Source: an uncultured Nitrospiraceae bacterium
Lineage (GTDB): Bacteria; Nitrospirota; Nitrospiria; Nitrospirales; Nitrospiraceae
Length of the DNA: 64,000 nt
Reading direction: 5' to 3'
Assembly (NCBI GenBank): GCA_963730935.1
Contig: CAVSTP010000003.1
Coordinates: forward strand, 288,001 to 352,000
Shown here: in pieces, positions 39,168-48,445 of the stretch
Layout of the letters: every line of letters starts with the position of its first letter
Numbering within the stretch: position 1 is the first letter of the stretch
Position numbers and translations under genes: made by a program
Notes under the pieces: generated by a model
Told to the model about the DNA's origin: nothing
The model's database searches: none
Seen by the model: the letters and a program-made list of their open reading frames with translations, nothing else

Positions 39168-40466
39168 CTAGTCCCTGAGCGGCTGGCCCTTTGTTTCCGG
39201 AGCAAACCACAGGACGCCGAGGCCGACAAGGTACACCAATGCTACGGTACTGGCGGCACGGCCGAAGGTGCCGAGCGCGGTCACCAGCCAGCCGGTCAAG
39301 AACGGCGAGGCGGAAGCCAAAATTCTTCCGGCATTGAAGCAGAAGCCAGCGCCGGTGGCACGGAGCCTCGTCGGATAGAGCTCAGGCAGATATATCGGGA
39401 AACCGCTGAAAATGCCGTTGTTGAAGAAGCCGAGGACCGGCAACAGCATCAGCACACCGGCATAATGCGATGGAAGCAGGTACGTCGTAGGCAGCATGAC
39501 CAAGCTACCGACGCACATGAAGGCAAAGACGGGCCGTCGTCCAAAGCGGTCGGCGAGGGGACCGAAGCTGAGATACCCGAAAATCGCTCCGGCGTTCAAG
39601 GCCATGATCGCATAGCTCACGGCCTTAGTGAGGGTGGCCGGCTCAGCTCCGCGGAACTCTGGTAATTCATGCACCAGGGTCGGCGCCCAGTTGGTCGAAC
39701 CCCAAAGACCGAATACCGCAACGAAGGCCAGCGTCGATCCAGCCAGCGTGGCCCGTTTCAAATCCCCTTCAAAGATCGCCGACAAGGGGATTACCCGTTG
39801 CGCGTGTGCGTGGGTCCAACGGTCCGGTTCCTTCACCCACCAGCGGACGAGTAGCGCCAAGAACGCGGGCAGGATGCCGATGAGAAACAGCCCGCGCCAC
39901 CCGTACGCATCCTTAAACGCGAGATTGCAGCCGGCCGCCAGAAAAAATCCCACGGCCCAGGCGCTCTGTAAAATTCCGGCCGCCTTGGCGCGCGTCTCTT
40001 CCGGCCACGTCTCAGCCACAATCGCCGCGCCCGCCGCCCATTCTCCGCCGATGCCGAGTGCGGTGAGAAAGCGATAGGCCGCGAGTTGCCACCACTCCTC
40101 TGATAACGCCGCGGCTCCGGTGAATCCCGCGTAGATGATGATGGTCGCCATCAGCACCTTCGTCCGGCCAAAGCGGTCGGCGGCAATGCCGAACGCGATG
40201 CCGCCGATGGCCCAGCCGATCAGAAATATTGAAAAGATAATGCCGCCGTACCAACCGATGCGCTCAGCTGCGTGCGGATCGCCCGAGGTGTGCAGCAGAT
40301 CGTGAAGAGCCGGATGCAGCACGATGGCATAAATCGTGGCGTCCATCGCATCGAAGACCCATCCAAGCCATGCGACGAACAACACCAGCCATTGATAACG
40401 GGTCACTCCGTCAAACCACCATCGATTGCGCGGTGATGAGGGTTGTTCAGTAGGGACAGGACACAT
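39168..40466 (-). CDS. MFS transporter
   Basis: Multiple TM segments, ADRFGR twice, GIGGEW, ELYPTRLRATG. Confidence 0.93.
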   Translation of the reverse strand: MCPVPTEQPSSPRNRWWFDGVTRYQWLVLFVAWLGWVFDAMDATIYAIVLHPALHDLLHTSGDPHAAERIGWYGGIIFSIFLIGWAIGGIAFGIAADRFGRTKVLMATIIIYAGFTGAAALSEEWWQLAAYRFLTALGIGGEWAAGAAIVAETWPEETRAKAAGILQSAWAVGFFLAAGCNLAFKDAYGWRGLFLIGILPAFLALLVRWWVKEPDRWTHAHAQRVIPLSAIFEGDLKRATLAGSTLAFVAVFGLWGSTNWAPTLVHELPEFRGAEPATLTKAVSYAIMALNAGAIFGYLSFGPLADRFGRRPVFAFMCVGSLVMLPTTYLLPSHYAGVLMLLPVLGFFNNGIFSGFPIYLPELYPTRLRATGAGFCFNAGRILASASPFLTGWLVTALGTFGRAASTVALVYLVGLGVLWFAPETKGQPLRD

Positions 40467-40541
40467 CGCGCGCCAGGCTACGGGGGTTCAGAGCGGGAGT
40501 CAAGATGAAGCCGCGAGAATTGCCATGATATAGTCGCGGCC

Positions 40542-41180
40542 ATGCCTCGCGTGGATTTTTACCGCATCCTGGGCGTCTCTCGTGAGGCGTCGGACGACGT
40601 CATCAAGAAGGCCTACCGGAAGTTGGTCTTCGAACATCATCCCGACCGCAATCCCGACAGTACAGAGGCGGAAGAGAAGATACGTGAAATCAATGCCGCC
40701 TATGAGGTCATCGGCGACGCGGAAGCGCGACGCAATTACGATCGGCTCAACTGGGGCGACGAGTTCGCACCCGATGTTGTCGATGTCGCCGTGCTGCTCG
40801 AGGAGATGGAGAAAAAGCTCTTCGACGAAGGGCGCAAGGAACTGTTTGCCCTTCTCATGAAGGATGTGCCTAGGATCAAGGCCGAGTTGGCGTTGATCCG
40901 GGAGCGGGTGGTCAAAGATCAAGGATACGATTCATTTAAGGAAACAGTAGTCCACGCCCGTGCGGCGGAGATCATGCTCGAGCTGGCGACCGAGGAGATG
41001 GAAGGCCGCAGGAAGCGGTTGATCGAAGTGGCGACGCAGATGATGGTGTCGCAAGGTGTCGTCGGCAGAAACGATGAAGGTGGGATCCGCTCGCTACGCG
41101 CTCGGCTCGACGAGCACTTTAAGAAAGGCCGACTGCACGGGTTCGCGTCGGCATTGGAGCTGTTATATGAACGACGGTAA
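40542..41180 (+). CDS. J-domain (DnaJ-like) protein
   Basis: [27 protein letters not shown]. Confidence 0.88.
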   Translation: MPRVDFYRILGVSREASDDVIKKAYRKLVFEHHPDRNPDSTEAEEKIREINAAYEVIGDAEARRNYDRLNWGDEFAPDVVDVAVLLEEMEKKLFDEGRKELFALLMKDVPRIKAELALIRERVVKDQGYDSFKETVVHARAAEIMLELATEEMEGRRKRLIEVATQMMVSQGVVGRNDEGGIRSLRARLDEHFKKGRLHGFASALELLYERR

Positions 41181-41197
41181 GACGTTGGTCAGCGATC

Positions 41198-42451
41198 TCA
41201 GTGAGATTTAGATAACGGACCTGCCACGAATCGCCCCGCCTTCATGACGCCGACGATGCGGCTTCTGTCGCGCAACAGGTTAATCTTCTTCAACGGATTG
41301 CCTTCGATGAGCACTATATCGGCTTGCTTGCCTGGTTCGATCGTTCCCACCTGATCGTCAATGCCGATCAATCGTGCGGCAGCGGATGTTGAGGTGAGGA
41401 TCGCTTCCATCGGGCTCATCCCGTAGGCCACCATCCGTTCCAACTCCTGTGCATTGTCGCCATGATAATTAAAGGGCGTGCCGGCATCCGTCCCCATGGC
41501 GATTAAGAGCCCGCGCTGATGGGCTTGCCTGAAGCTGCTCTGATGGCGTTTCGTCATGGCTTTGGCCTTCTCGAGCGCGTCGTCGGGAATGCCACAGCCT
41601 CGTCGACACGCACCAGTCGTGGCGAGCGCCGAGAGTGTCGGGACCATATACACGGCGTGCTTCTCGAATAAACTGGCGGCCTCTTCGTCCATTAAGGTGG
41701 CATGCTCGATCGAATGGACGCCGGCATGAATCGCATTTTTCATTCCGGACGCGCCATGTGCATGGGCGGCAACTTTTCGCCCGGCCCGTTTCGCTTCATC
41801 CACGGCGGCTGAAAGTTCATCCAGCGTCATCTGTGCCTGCTCGGGGGAGGTGCCGGGCGTGAGGACTCCTCCCGAGGCGATCACTTTTATCACTTCGGCA
41901 CCTGCGACGATCTGTTGACGGACTACCTGGCGGACTTGTTCGACCCCTTCGACTTCTTGGGCAATGACCCGTCGCAGATGCCCTCCAACCATGCAGATAG
42001 CCAGGCCTGCCCCGATGATTCGCGGTCCGGGAGTGAGCCCGTTATCGATCGCTTTTTTCAGCGCAAAAATCAGATGGTCGCGCGAGCCGACATCCCGAAC
42101 GGTCGTCACGCCTGCCTCCAGCGTCTGCCCGGCCGATCGGCTGGCTTTCAGGAGCGTTTCGATTGGCGTCTCCTGTTCAACGGCCTTTACCACATCTGCT
42201 TCCCCGCGCCAGCACAGATGTACGTGACAATCGATCAAGCCCGGCAGCAGCGTGAGCCCCCGACCATTGACGCGGGTTGCGCCGCGTGGCATGGAGGTCG
42301 TTCGACTGGGGCCGGCAGTGGCAATTGTGTGTTCACGCACGATCACCGTGGCCGGTTCGATGGTTTGTCCCGTCCCATCAATAAGCCGGACATGATGAAT
42401 GGCGATGACCACGTCGTCAGCTTCCGATCGGAAACGTGATGATGATGCCAC
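41198..42451 (-). CDS. Metal-dependent amidohydrolase (prolidase-like subgroup)
   Basis: PGLIDCHVH, AAHAH, SIEHA, GTDAG, GKQADIV. Confidence 0.9.
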   Translation of the reverse strand: MASSSRFRSEADDVVIAIHHVRLIDGTGQTIEPATVIVREHTIATAGPSRTTSMPRGATRVNGRGLTLLPGLIDCHVHLCWRGEADVVKAVEQETPIETLLKASRSAGQTLEAGVTTVRDVGSRDHLIFALKKAIDNGLTPGPRIIGAGLAICMVGGHLRRVIAQEVEGVEQVRQVVRQQIVAGAEVIKVIASGGVLTPGTSPEQAQMTLDELSAAVDEAKRAGRKVAAHAHGASGMKNAIHAGVHSIEHATLMDEEAASLFEKHAVYMVPTLSALATTGACRRGCGIPDDALEKAKAMTKRHQSSFRQAHQRGLLIAMGTDAGTPFNYHGDNAQELERMVAYGMSPMEAILTSTSAAARLIGIDDQVGTIEPGKQADIVLIEGNPLKKINLLRDRSRIVGVMKAGRFVAGPLSKSH

Positions 42452-43013
42452 CCATCACGTCGTTGAGCTTGAAGTCTCGGCGGGGGCTGTTGGGATGCTT
42501 GTTATGGCAATCGACGCAGGCTTGGGAGACCGCGCGGTCAGCATACACCGCTTGAAAGAGACGAAGTTCGCCCCGGCGCACAATGCCGTAATGGGGCTCT
42601 GAGGGATCCTTTTGCACGGCGGCCAATCCCACGCGCTCAAGATCGCTGTTCGCACCGTTCCATGCATAGATTGGCGTCAAGCTCGCCAATCGGAAGGAGA
42701 ACCCGAGGTCTTTGATGGCCACGAGTCGGCCTGATTCCAGTAGAAATTGAGCGGGAAGCGGGACGCCTCGTTCATCACGCCAATGTTCATGGGCCTCGAT
42801 GCCGTCACGGCTGAGTTTGACGACCACGTTGTCAGTGTAGTTGTTCCGGTTCGCTTCAAGGATGGCGTGGACGAACTCCGCTGTCTTTTGAGGCGAAACC
42901 TGATCCGACTTCAGCTGATTGGCCAGGGCGATCGCGAAGATCCAGTAGGCGACGACGGCCGTGAAGGCGAACGCTCCGCCGCCGAGCACCCACAGCAAAG
43001 GTTTATTGTCCAT
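42417..43013 (-). CDS. DUF3365/Tll0287-like c-type heme protein
   Basis: N-terminal TM, PLPAQF, ACVDCH heme motif, DVMGG. Confidence 0.85.
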   Translation of the reverse strand: MDNKPLLWVLGGGAFAFTAVVAYWIFAIALANQLKSDQVSPQKTAEFVHAILEANRNNYTDNVVVKLSRDGIEAHEHWRDERGVPLPAQFLLESGRLVAIKDLGFSFRLASLTPIYAWNGANSDLERVGLAAVQKDPSEPHYGIVRRGELRLFQAVYADRAVSQACVDCHNKHPNSPRRDFKLNDVMGGIIITFPIGS

Positions 43014-43031
43014 ACAATGTCACACCTCCGG

Positions 43032-44219
43032 TCAACTGGACACCTGGCTATACACCCGCGACGCGGCCTGAAGCGCCACTCCTGGCGTGCTCAGCCAGCC
43101 GCCTTCCAGAAAGAGCGCTTCCAGCGCATTCAAGAGGGTCAAGACATTGGCTTCGGTCGACGATTCACCCATGAGGCCGATCCGCCAGACTTTGCCTTTC
43201 AACGGACCCAGCCCTCCGCCAATGTCAATGCCATACTGCGATAACAATCGTGCGCGGATGTCCGCTTCCGGAATCTGAGCTGGAAGCATGACGCAATTCA
43301 GCATCGGCAATCGCCGCCCGGCCGGTGGGAGCGGGACGAGCCCTAAGACCTCCAAGCCCGCCAGTAACGCATTACTGTTGATCTGATGGCGCTTGTATCG
43401 AGCAGAGAGGCCTTCTTCCTCGATGAGCCGCAATGCTTCACGCAACCCATAGAGCATCGAGATCGGCGCCGTGTGATGATAGGCTCTGCTGCTTTCCGTC
43501 CAGTACTCGGCGATCAATCCCATGTCCAAATACCAGCTTTGACAGGGCAGCCTGCGAGCTTTGACGGTGGCGAGCGCCCGCTCGCTCATCGTAAACGGCG
43601 ACAAGCCGGGAGGGCAGCTCAAGCATTTCTGGGTGCCGCTGTAACACACGTCGATGCCGAGCCGATCGACGCCGACCGCGAGTCCGCCGAGCGAGGTGAC
43701 GGCATCGACCACGAACAGCGCATCGTGTCGGCGACACAGGGCGCCGATGTCTTCGAGCGGCTGCCAGGCGCCGGTGGAAGTTTCCGCATGGACGATGGCC
43801 ACCGCCTTGACGGGGCCGGAACGGACGAGCGCGTGCTCGACGGCGTCTGGCTGGATGCACTCTCCCCACGGGGCTTCGACACGAATCGCTTTCCCGCCGC
43901 AGCGGTCGACGACCGACGCCAGCCTTGTGCCGAATATACCGTTGATGCCCACGATGACAGCATCGCCCGGTTCAACCAGATTCACAATCGACGCTTCCAT
44001 TCCGGCAGAGCCTGTTCCGGAAATAGCGATAGTAAAGCGATGTTCGGTCTCGAAGATCATCCGCAGCGAGGACTGAATATCGTTCATGACGGTCAGAAAC
44101 ACAGGGTCAAGGTGGCCGAGCAGCGGGGTCGAAAGGGCCCGCAACACGCGGGGATGAACCAGGCTCGGGCCGGGACCGAGGAGGAGACGACGCGGGGGGA
44201 TGAATTCCTGCAGTGTCAT
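43032..44219 (-). CDS. Alanine--glyoxylate/serine--pyruvate aminotransferase (class V)
   Basis: LLGPGPS, VHAETSTG, DAVTS, SGTQKCL, YHHT, WRIGLMG. Confidence 0.93.
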   Translation of the reverse strand: MTLQEFIPPRRLLLGPGPSLVHPRVLRALSTPLLGHLDPVFLTVMNDIQSSLRMIFETEHRFTIAISGTGSAGMEASIVNLVEPGDAVIVGINGIFGTRLASVVDRCGGKAIRVEAPWGECIQPDAVEHALVRSGPVKAVAIVHAETSTGAWQPLEDIGALCRRHDALFVVDAVTSLGGLAVGVDRLGIDVCYSGTQKCLSCPPGLSPFTMSERALATVKARRLPCQSWYLDMGLIAEYWTESSRAYHHTAPISMLYGLREALRLIEEEGLSARYKRHQINSNALLAGLEVLGLVPLPPAGRRLPMLNCVMLPAQIPEADIRARLLSQYGIDIGGGLGPLKGKVWRIGLMGESSTEANVLTLLNALEALFLEGGWLSTPGVALQAASRVYSQVSS

Positions 44220-44368
44220 GGTGTTCGTGTCACGGACGACTCGTCATCAGGGGGGACAGTATAGCGGACTCATACCGCTTGCAGCCAGTTGGCGGTTGCT
44301 CGGGCAGCGCGTCGTTACTTTCGAGGGGTTTTTGGCTGGAAAACGTGCGTGTTATAGTGCAGGCCGTT

Positions 44369-45880
44369 ATGGACGAGTCTCTTACGATTGCCCCCCATCC
44401 TTCTTCTTCCGCTCGCTCATGGTGGCGCGAAACTGAAGCGCCGCCTGCAGTCGGATCGTTCCCCACTCATTATTCAACCACGGTGAGCTGGCTCTCAGCG
44501 TTGTTGTTGGTCCTCTCGTTCGCCGCAGTCGTGGTCATGGCCTCGTCTACCTTGAAGATCGATCGGTTTGAAGCGCCGGAACAGGCTCTCGGCCTGATGG
44601 TCGGACGAACGATGGATGTTCAGGAAGGACTGACCCGCGCTCCCGTGTGGGAACAGCGGATCATGGACTGGTTGTCAGGCGATGGAGCGGCCGAACGCAG
44701 GCAGGCGATCGACTGGTATCAGGAGTTGGCCGCACGCACTGAGGATCCGTCCGTGCCCTTGCAGCTGGCGATCCTTCAAGCCGAATCGGGGCAGGTGTCG
44801 CAAGCGCTGCTGTCCACTCATGAATGGGACCGCAAGGATGATCCGCTTCCCGAGTTTGGCGAGATCATTCGTGCAGCCTACGGTGAAGCGCCCCTTCTGA
44901 ATCCCGACGCCGTCGAGGCCCTGCAGAGTCGCCTGGCCGATGTGCTGCCGGTCGGATGGTTCTACGATCGCCTCATCATCAAATTGGCGAGGCACGCCGG
45001 CCACACGGAACTCGCCTCGGTCATCCAGGAGCAGTCCGACCGGCGCGCCGATCGGTTATATCGCTATTCGCGCAGATTGACCGTCCTCGAACTGGTCATC
45101 ATGCTCGCAGGGTCCGGTTGTCTGGTGATGATCTGGCGTGCAAGCCGGGCGGGGAGAAATTTGATCCGCCTGCATGATCCCGGGATTCCACCTCCATGGC
45201 CCGGCAGCGTGGGAGCAGCCGTGCTGTTACGAGGCGGTGCCATTGGCGCCATCGTCATGGCCTTCTGCCTGATCTACATGCCGCCCGAGAATGCGTCGTT
45301 GCGGGCCCTGGCGATTCCCCTGACCAACGTCCCGGTGTTGGCGCTGGCCTACTACCATTTGTTTAGGCCCGCCGGCATGACCTTCGAAGAAGGATTCGGC
45401 CTTGGTCTCCCGTGGGGTTCCTTCAGCAAGCTGATGTTGGCGGTGTTTGCAGTCGTTGCCGCGGGCCTGTGGGGGGAGTGGTTCATGGATCGCGCGGCCG
45501 AACAGTGGCAGCTCGCGAGCCATTGGACCGAATGGTTCGATGAGGATCTCGTCTGGGGATCGAGCTCGCTGACGATGGTCAGCCTGCTCGAGTACGTGAT
45601 CCTTGCCCCGCTGTTCGAAGAACTCGTGTTTCGGGGATTGCTCTTTGCGATTCTGCGCCGCAAGTTCCGGTTCCTTCCGGCGGCGCTCCTCAGCGCGGTC
45701 ATCTTCGGTTTGGCGCACGGCTATGGTGTGGTTGGGCTGATCAGCGTCTGTTGGAGCGGCGTCTTATGGGCCTGGATCTACGAAAAGACAGGGAGCCTCG
45801 GCCCAGGTATCCTGGCGCATGCGATCAACAACCTTCTCGTCTGCCTGTCCGTCATGTCGCTGCTGCGCTTCGGACAGTAA
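44369..45880 (+). CDS. CPBP (CAAX/Abi) family intramembrane metalloprotease
   Basis: APLFEELVFRG, FGLAH, HAINN. Confidence 0.88.
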   Translation: MDESLTIAPHPSSSARSWWRETEAPPAVGSFPTHYSTTVSWLSALLLVLSFAAVVVMASSTLKIDRFEAPEQALGLMVGRTMDVQEGLTRAPVWEQRIMDWLSGDGAAERRQAIDWYQELAARTEDPSVPLQLAILQAESGQVSQALLSTHEWDRKDDPLPEFGEIIRAAYGEAPLLNPDAVEALQSRLADVLPVGWFYDRLIIKLARHAGHTELASVIQEQSDRRADRLYRYSRRLTVLELVIMLAGSGCLVMIWRASRAGRNLIRLHDPGIPPPWPGSVGAAVLLRGGAIGAIVMAFCLIYMPPENASLRALAIPLTNVPVLALAYYHLFRPAGMTFEEGFGLGLPWGSFSKLMLAVFAVVAAGLWGEWFMDRAAEQWQLASHWTEWFDEDLVWGSSSLTMVSLLEYVILAPLFEELVFRGLLFAILRRKFRFLPAALLSAVIFGLAHGYGVVGLISVCWSGVLWAWIYEKTGSLGPGILAHAINNLLVCLSVMSLLRFGQ

Positions 45881-45890
45881 TCGCTGCGCC

Positions 45891-46715
45891 TCACTCAGTC
45901 TGCGTTCCGCCCTGACTTTGTTGGAGGTCTTTGAGCGCGTGAAACAGGTCGGGATGACGCATCGAGAAGTTGGCTTCCTGAAGCATCGCACGTAGCTTCG
46001 TCGTGTTGATCCGCTTTCCTAGTGCCTGCCTCTGCTCTCCTGTCTGTGGCTCGACGAGTTGACCTCCATCGAGTCCTCGGCCAATTTCTCTCCACGTCCT
46101 CGGCACGCCATCGCTAACATTGTAGACGGCTCCGGATACTCCGTGTTCTAACGCCGCCAGGCAGATTGCCGCCAAGTCCTCTACGTGAATCAGATTCACG
46201 TATTTGTCCGAAAGCCCGACGCGCCCGCTCTTGATCCACTCGTAAGGATGTCGGCCCGGCCCATAGATGCCGGCCACCCGCAAGACGATCGCCCCGCATT
46301 TGTCACGGAGGAATTCTTCGCCTTGCACGCGCGGTTTGGCGAGATCGATCGGCGCGGTTTCATCGATCCAAGGTGGTGGATGGTCGTGAGCGACGCCGAT
46401 GTCGTATGCTGACGTGCTGCCCAGCACGACGAGCCGTCGAGACGGTCTATTGATACGTGAGGCGAATTGTTGAACGGCTGGTAACGGTGAGGCAGGAAAA
46501 CACCACAGTAAATCGGCATCGGAGGGGATGTTACTCCATGTCTCCGCTTCCGTCAGGTCGAACCGCAGTCTCTGTGTCAGTGGAAGCCGCTTGAGATGGT
46601 TCTCTGGATCTCGGCTCGTATGTAGGACAGTCGGGTAAGAATTTGTAAGGGACAGCATAAAGCGGGCCAGGTAGCCTGATCCCAGGATCACAACAGTGTC
46701 TCGTTTAATCTTCAT
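45891..46715 (-). CDS. NAD-dependent epimerase/dehydratase (atypical SDR, YeeZ-like)
   Basis: ILGSGYLA, GSTSAY, LRVAGIYGPGR, NLIHVEDLA. Confidence 0.82.
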   Translation of the reverse strand: MKIKRDTVVILGSGYLARFMLSLTNSYPTVLHTSRDPENHLKRLPLTQRLRFDLTEAETWSNIPSDADLLWCFPASPLPAVQQFASRINRPSRRLVVLGSTSAYDIGVAHDHPPPWIDETAPIDLAKPRVQGEEFLRDKCGAIVLRVAGIYGPGRHPYEWIKSGRVGLSDKYVNLIHVEDLAAICLAALEHGVSGAVYNVSDGVPRTWREIGRGLDGGQLVEPQTGEQRQALGKRINTTKLRAMLQEANFSMRHPDLFHALKDLQQSQGGTQTE

Positions 46716-46944
46716 GCGGAGTCCTGTCTGGATTTGAGAACAGTGTGCCTTCGGCGATTGGCGAGAATCTACGGAAATCAACTAACGGGCGATCGCAACG
46801 GCGGGTCGTCCGTAATCTTCAGGGTCAGACGACGCTCTTTCGAACCGCAGACTTCCCCCTACAAGACGCCTAGTAAGGCTTTTTAAAGATACGTAATTGT
46901 GCATACATAATTTCGTACTTTGGTTAAGTTAGAATGCGGTGGCC

Positions 46945-48378
46945 ATGAAACCATCACTCCTCCTCCTCGCTGTAACTGTCCTTTTCTTGACAAGCTGTGT
47001 CGATGACAACGGGAGCGGAGGCAATGTGGCCCCCACCAGCGGAGCGGTCGTCTATCTTGCAGATCAAGACATCGTCGGTGTCTTTGAGTTATTCCTGGCC
47101 ACCTCGGGAACGAAGCTGAATCCGCCACTACCCGCCGGGCGCACCGTGCAAAGTTTCGCATTGACACCGGATGCATCAGCGGTAGTTTATATAGCCGATC
47201 AAGACCAGAACGATGTCTTCGAACTCTATCGCGTGAGTTTGGCCTCCCCTGGATCCAGTACCAAACTAAATGGCCAGCTTGCTCTCTGTGGACTTGCTGT
47301 CTGTGGAGATGTGACAGCGTTTGCCGTCACGCCTGACAACAGTGCTGTAGTGTACATCGCGGATCAAACCGCCGACGATGTGTTTGAGTTGTTCCGCACT
47401 GTCCTGACGACTATGGTGAATTCAAAACTCAACCCCAACTTTGCGGCAGGACAAAATATCGATGCGTTCGCAGTCCTCCCAAACAGCACTGGGGTGATTT
47501 ATCGCGCCAATCAAAATACAGCTGGTGTGAAGGAATTGTATCGTGTGCTGTTCACTACTGCTCCTTCCACTGACCGGCTCATTACTCCGCCGCTCATCAC
47601 AGGACAGAACGTGGGCGCGTTTACACCAACTCCTGATAGCGCCAACGTCGTGTATATCGCGAATCGACCCGTTGCTTTGAACTTGTTTATCGTCCCGGCC
47701 GGAGGTGGGGGCAGCATCCAATTGAACAGCGTCTCTCCGATCAATGCAAACGCAAATGTGACTGATTTTGCGGTGACGCCTGACGGGCTTTCTGTGGTCT
47801 TTCGCGCCGATCAGGATATCGATCAGGTCTTTGAACTGTACCGGACCGTGATTGCCTTAGCACCGGCGAACACCAAACTGAATACTCCCCTTGTTTTCGG
47901 CATGAATGTCACTTCGTTTGGCGTCATTCCAGACAGCAGCGGTGTCGTGTATGTTGCCGATCAGAGGACGGTTAATGTGTTTGAGTTGTTTCGATCGCTG
48001 TTCTCAGGGAGCCCGCCCACTTCTCCGTTGAACCCGCCTTTCGTCGCGGGACAGGCAGTAGCGGACTTTGTTTTCATCCCCAACGGGAGCGGGGTCGTCT
48101 ACCGGGCAGATCAAAATACCGATGGCGTGAATGAGCTTTACCGTGCGCTGTTCGGGTTTCCCGGTTCGACCAGGCTCAATCCTGCGCTCGTCATCGGACA
48201 AAACGTTGCAACCTATGCCGTGTCACCCGATAGTGCCAGTGCAATTTACCTTGCGAATCAGGACAATGTTGCGATTACAGAATTGTATCGGGCTGCATTT
48301 TCCTCCCCAGGCGTGAGTACCAAACTGAATACCCCGCTCGTTGCAGGGAAGAACGTCACAGATTTTGCTGTTCAGTGA
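46945..48378 (+). CDS. Beta-propeller repeat lipoprotein
   Basis: Lipobox LTSC; ~50-aa repeats TKLNxPLxxGxNVxxFxxxPDxxxVVYxADQxxxxVFELYR. Confidence 0.85.
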   Translation: MKPSLLLLAVTVLFLTSCVDDNGSGGNVAPTSGAVVYLADQDIVGVFELFLATSGTKLNPPLPAGRTVQSFALTPDASAVVYIADQDQNDVFELYRVSLASPGSSTKLNGQLALCGLAVCGDVTAFAVTPDNSAVVYIADQTADDVFELFRTVLTTMVNSKLNPNFAAGQNIDAFAVLPNSTGVIYRANQNTAGVKELYRVLFTTAPSTDRLITPPLITGQNVGAFTPTPDSANVVYIANRPVALNLFIVPAGGGGSIQLNSVSPINANANVTDFAVTPDGLSVVFRADQDIDQVFELYRTVIALAPANTKLNTPLVFGMNVTSFGVIPDSSGVVYVADQRTVNVFELFRSLFSGSPPTSPLNPPFVAGQAVADFVFIPNGSGVVYRADQNTDGVNELYRALFGFPGSTRLNPALVIGQNVATYAVSPDSASAIYLANQDNVAITELYRAAFSSPGVSTKLNTPLVAGKNVTDFAVQ

Positions 48379-48410
48379 CAAAGATTTTCGGTCATTGGCG
48401 GGTACAGGCC

Positions 48411-48439
48411 TTGACTCAACGCTGACGGCATCCTAGCAT
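48411..48439 (+). promoter_or_regulatory. sigma70-type promoter of lhr, leaderless geometry
   Basis: TTGACT-17 nt-TAGCAT-6 nt-ATG. Confidence 0.6.
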
Positions 48440-48445
48440 CACTGG

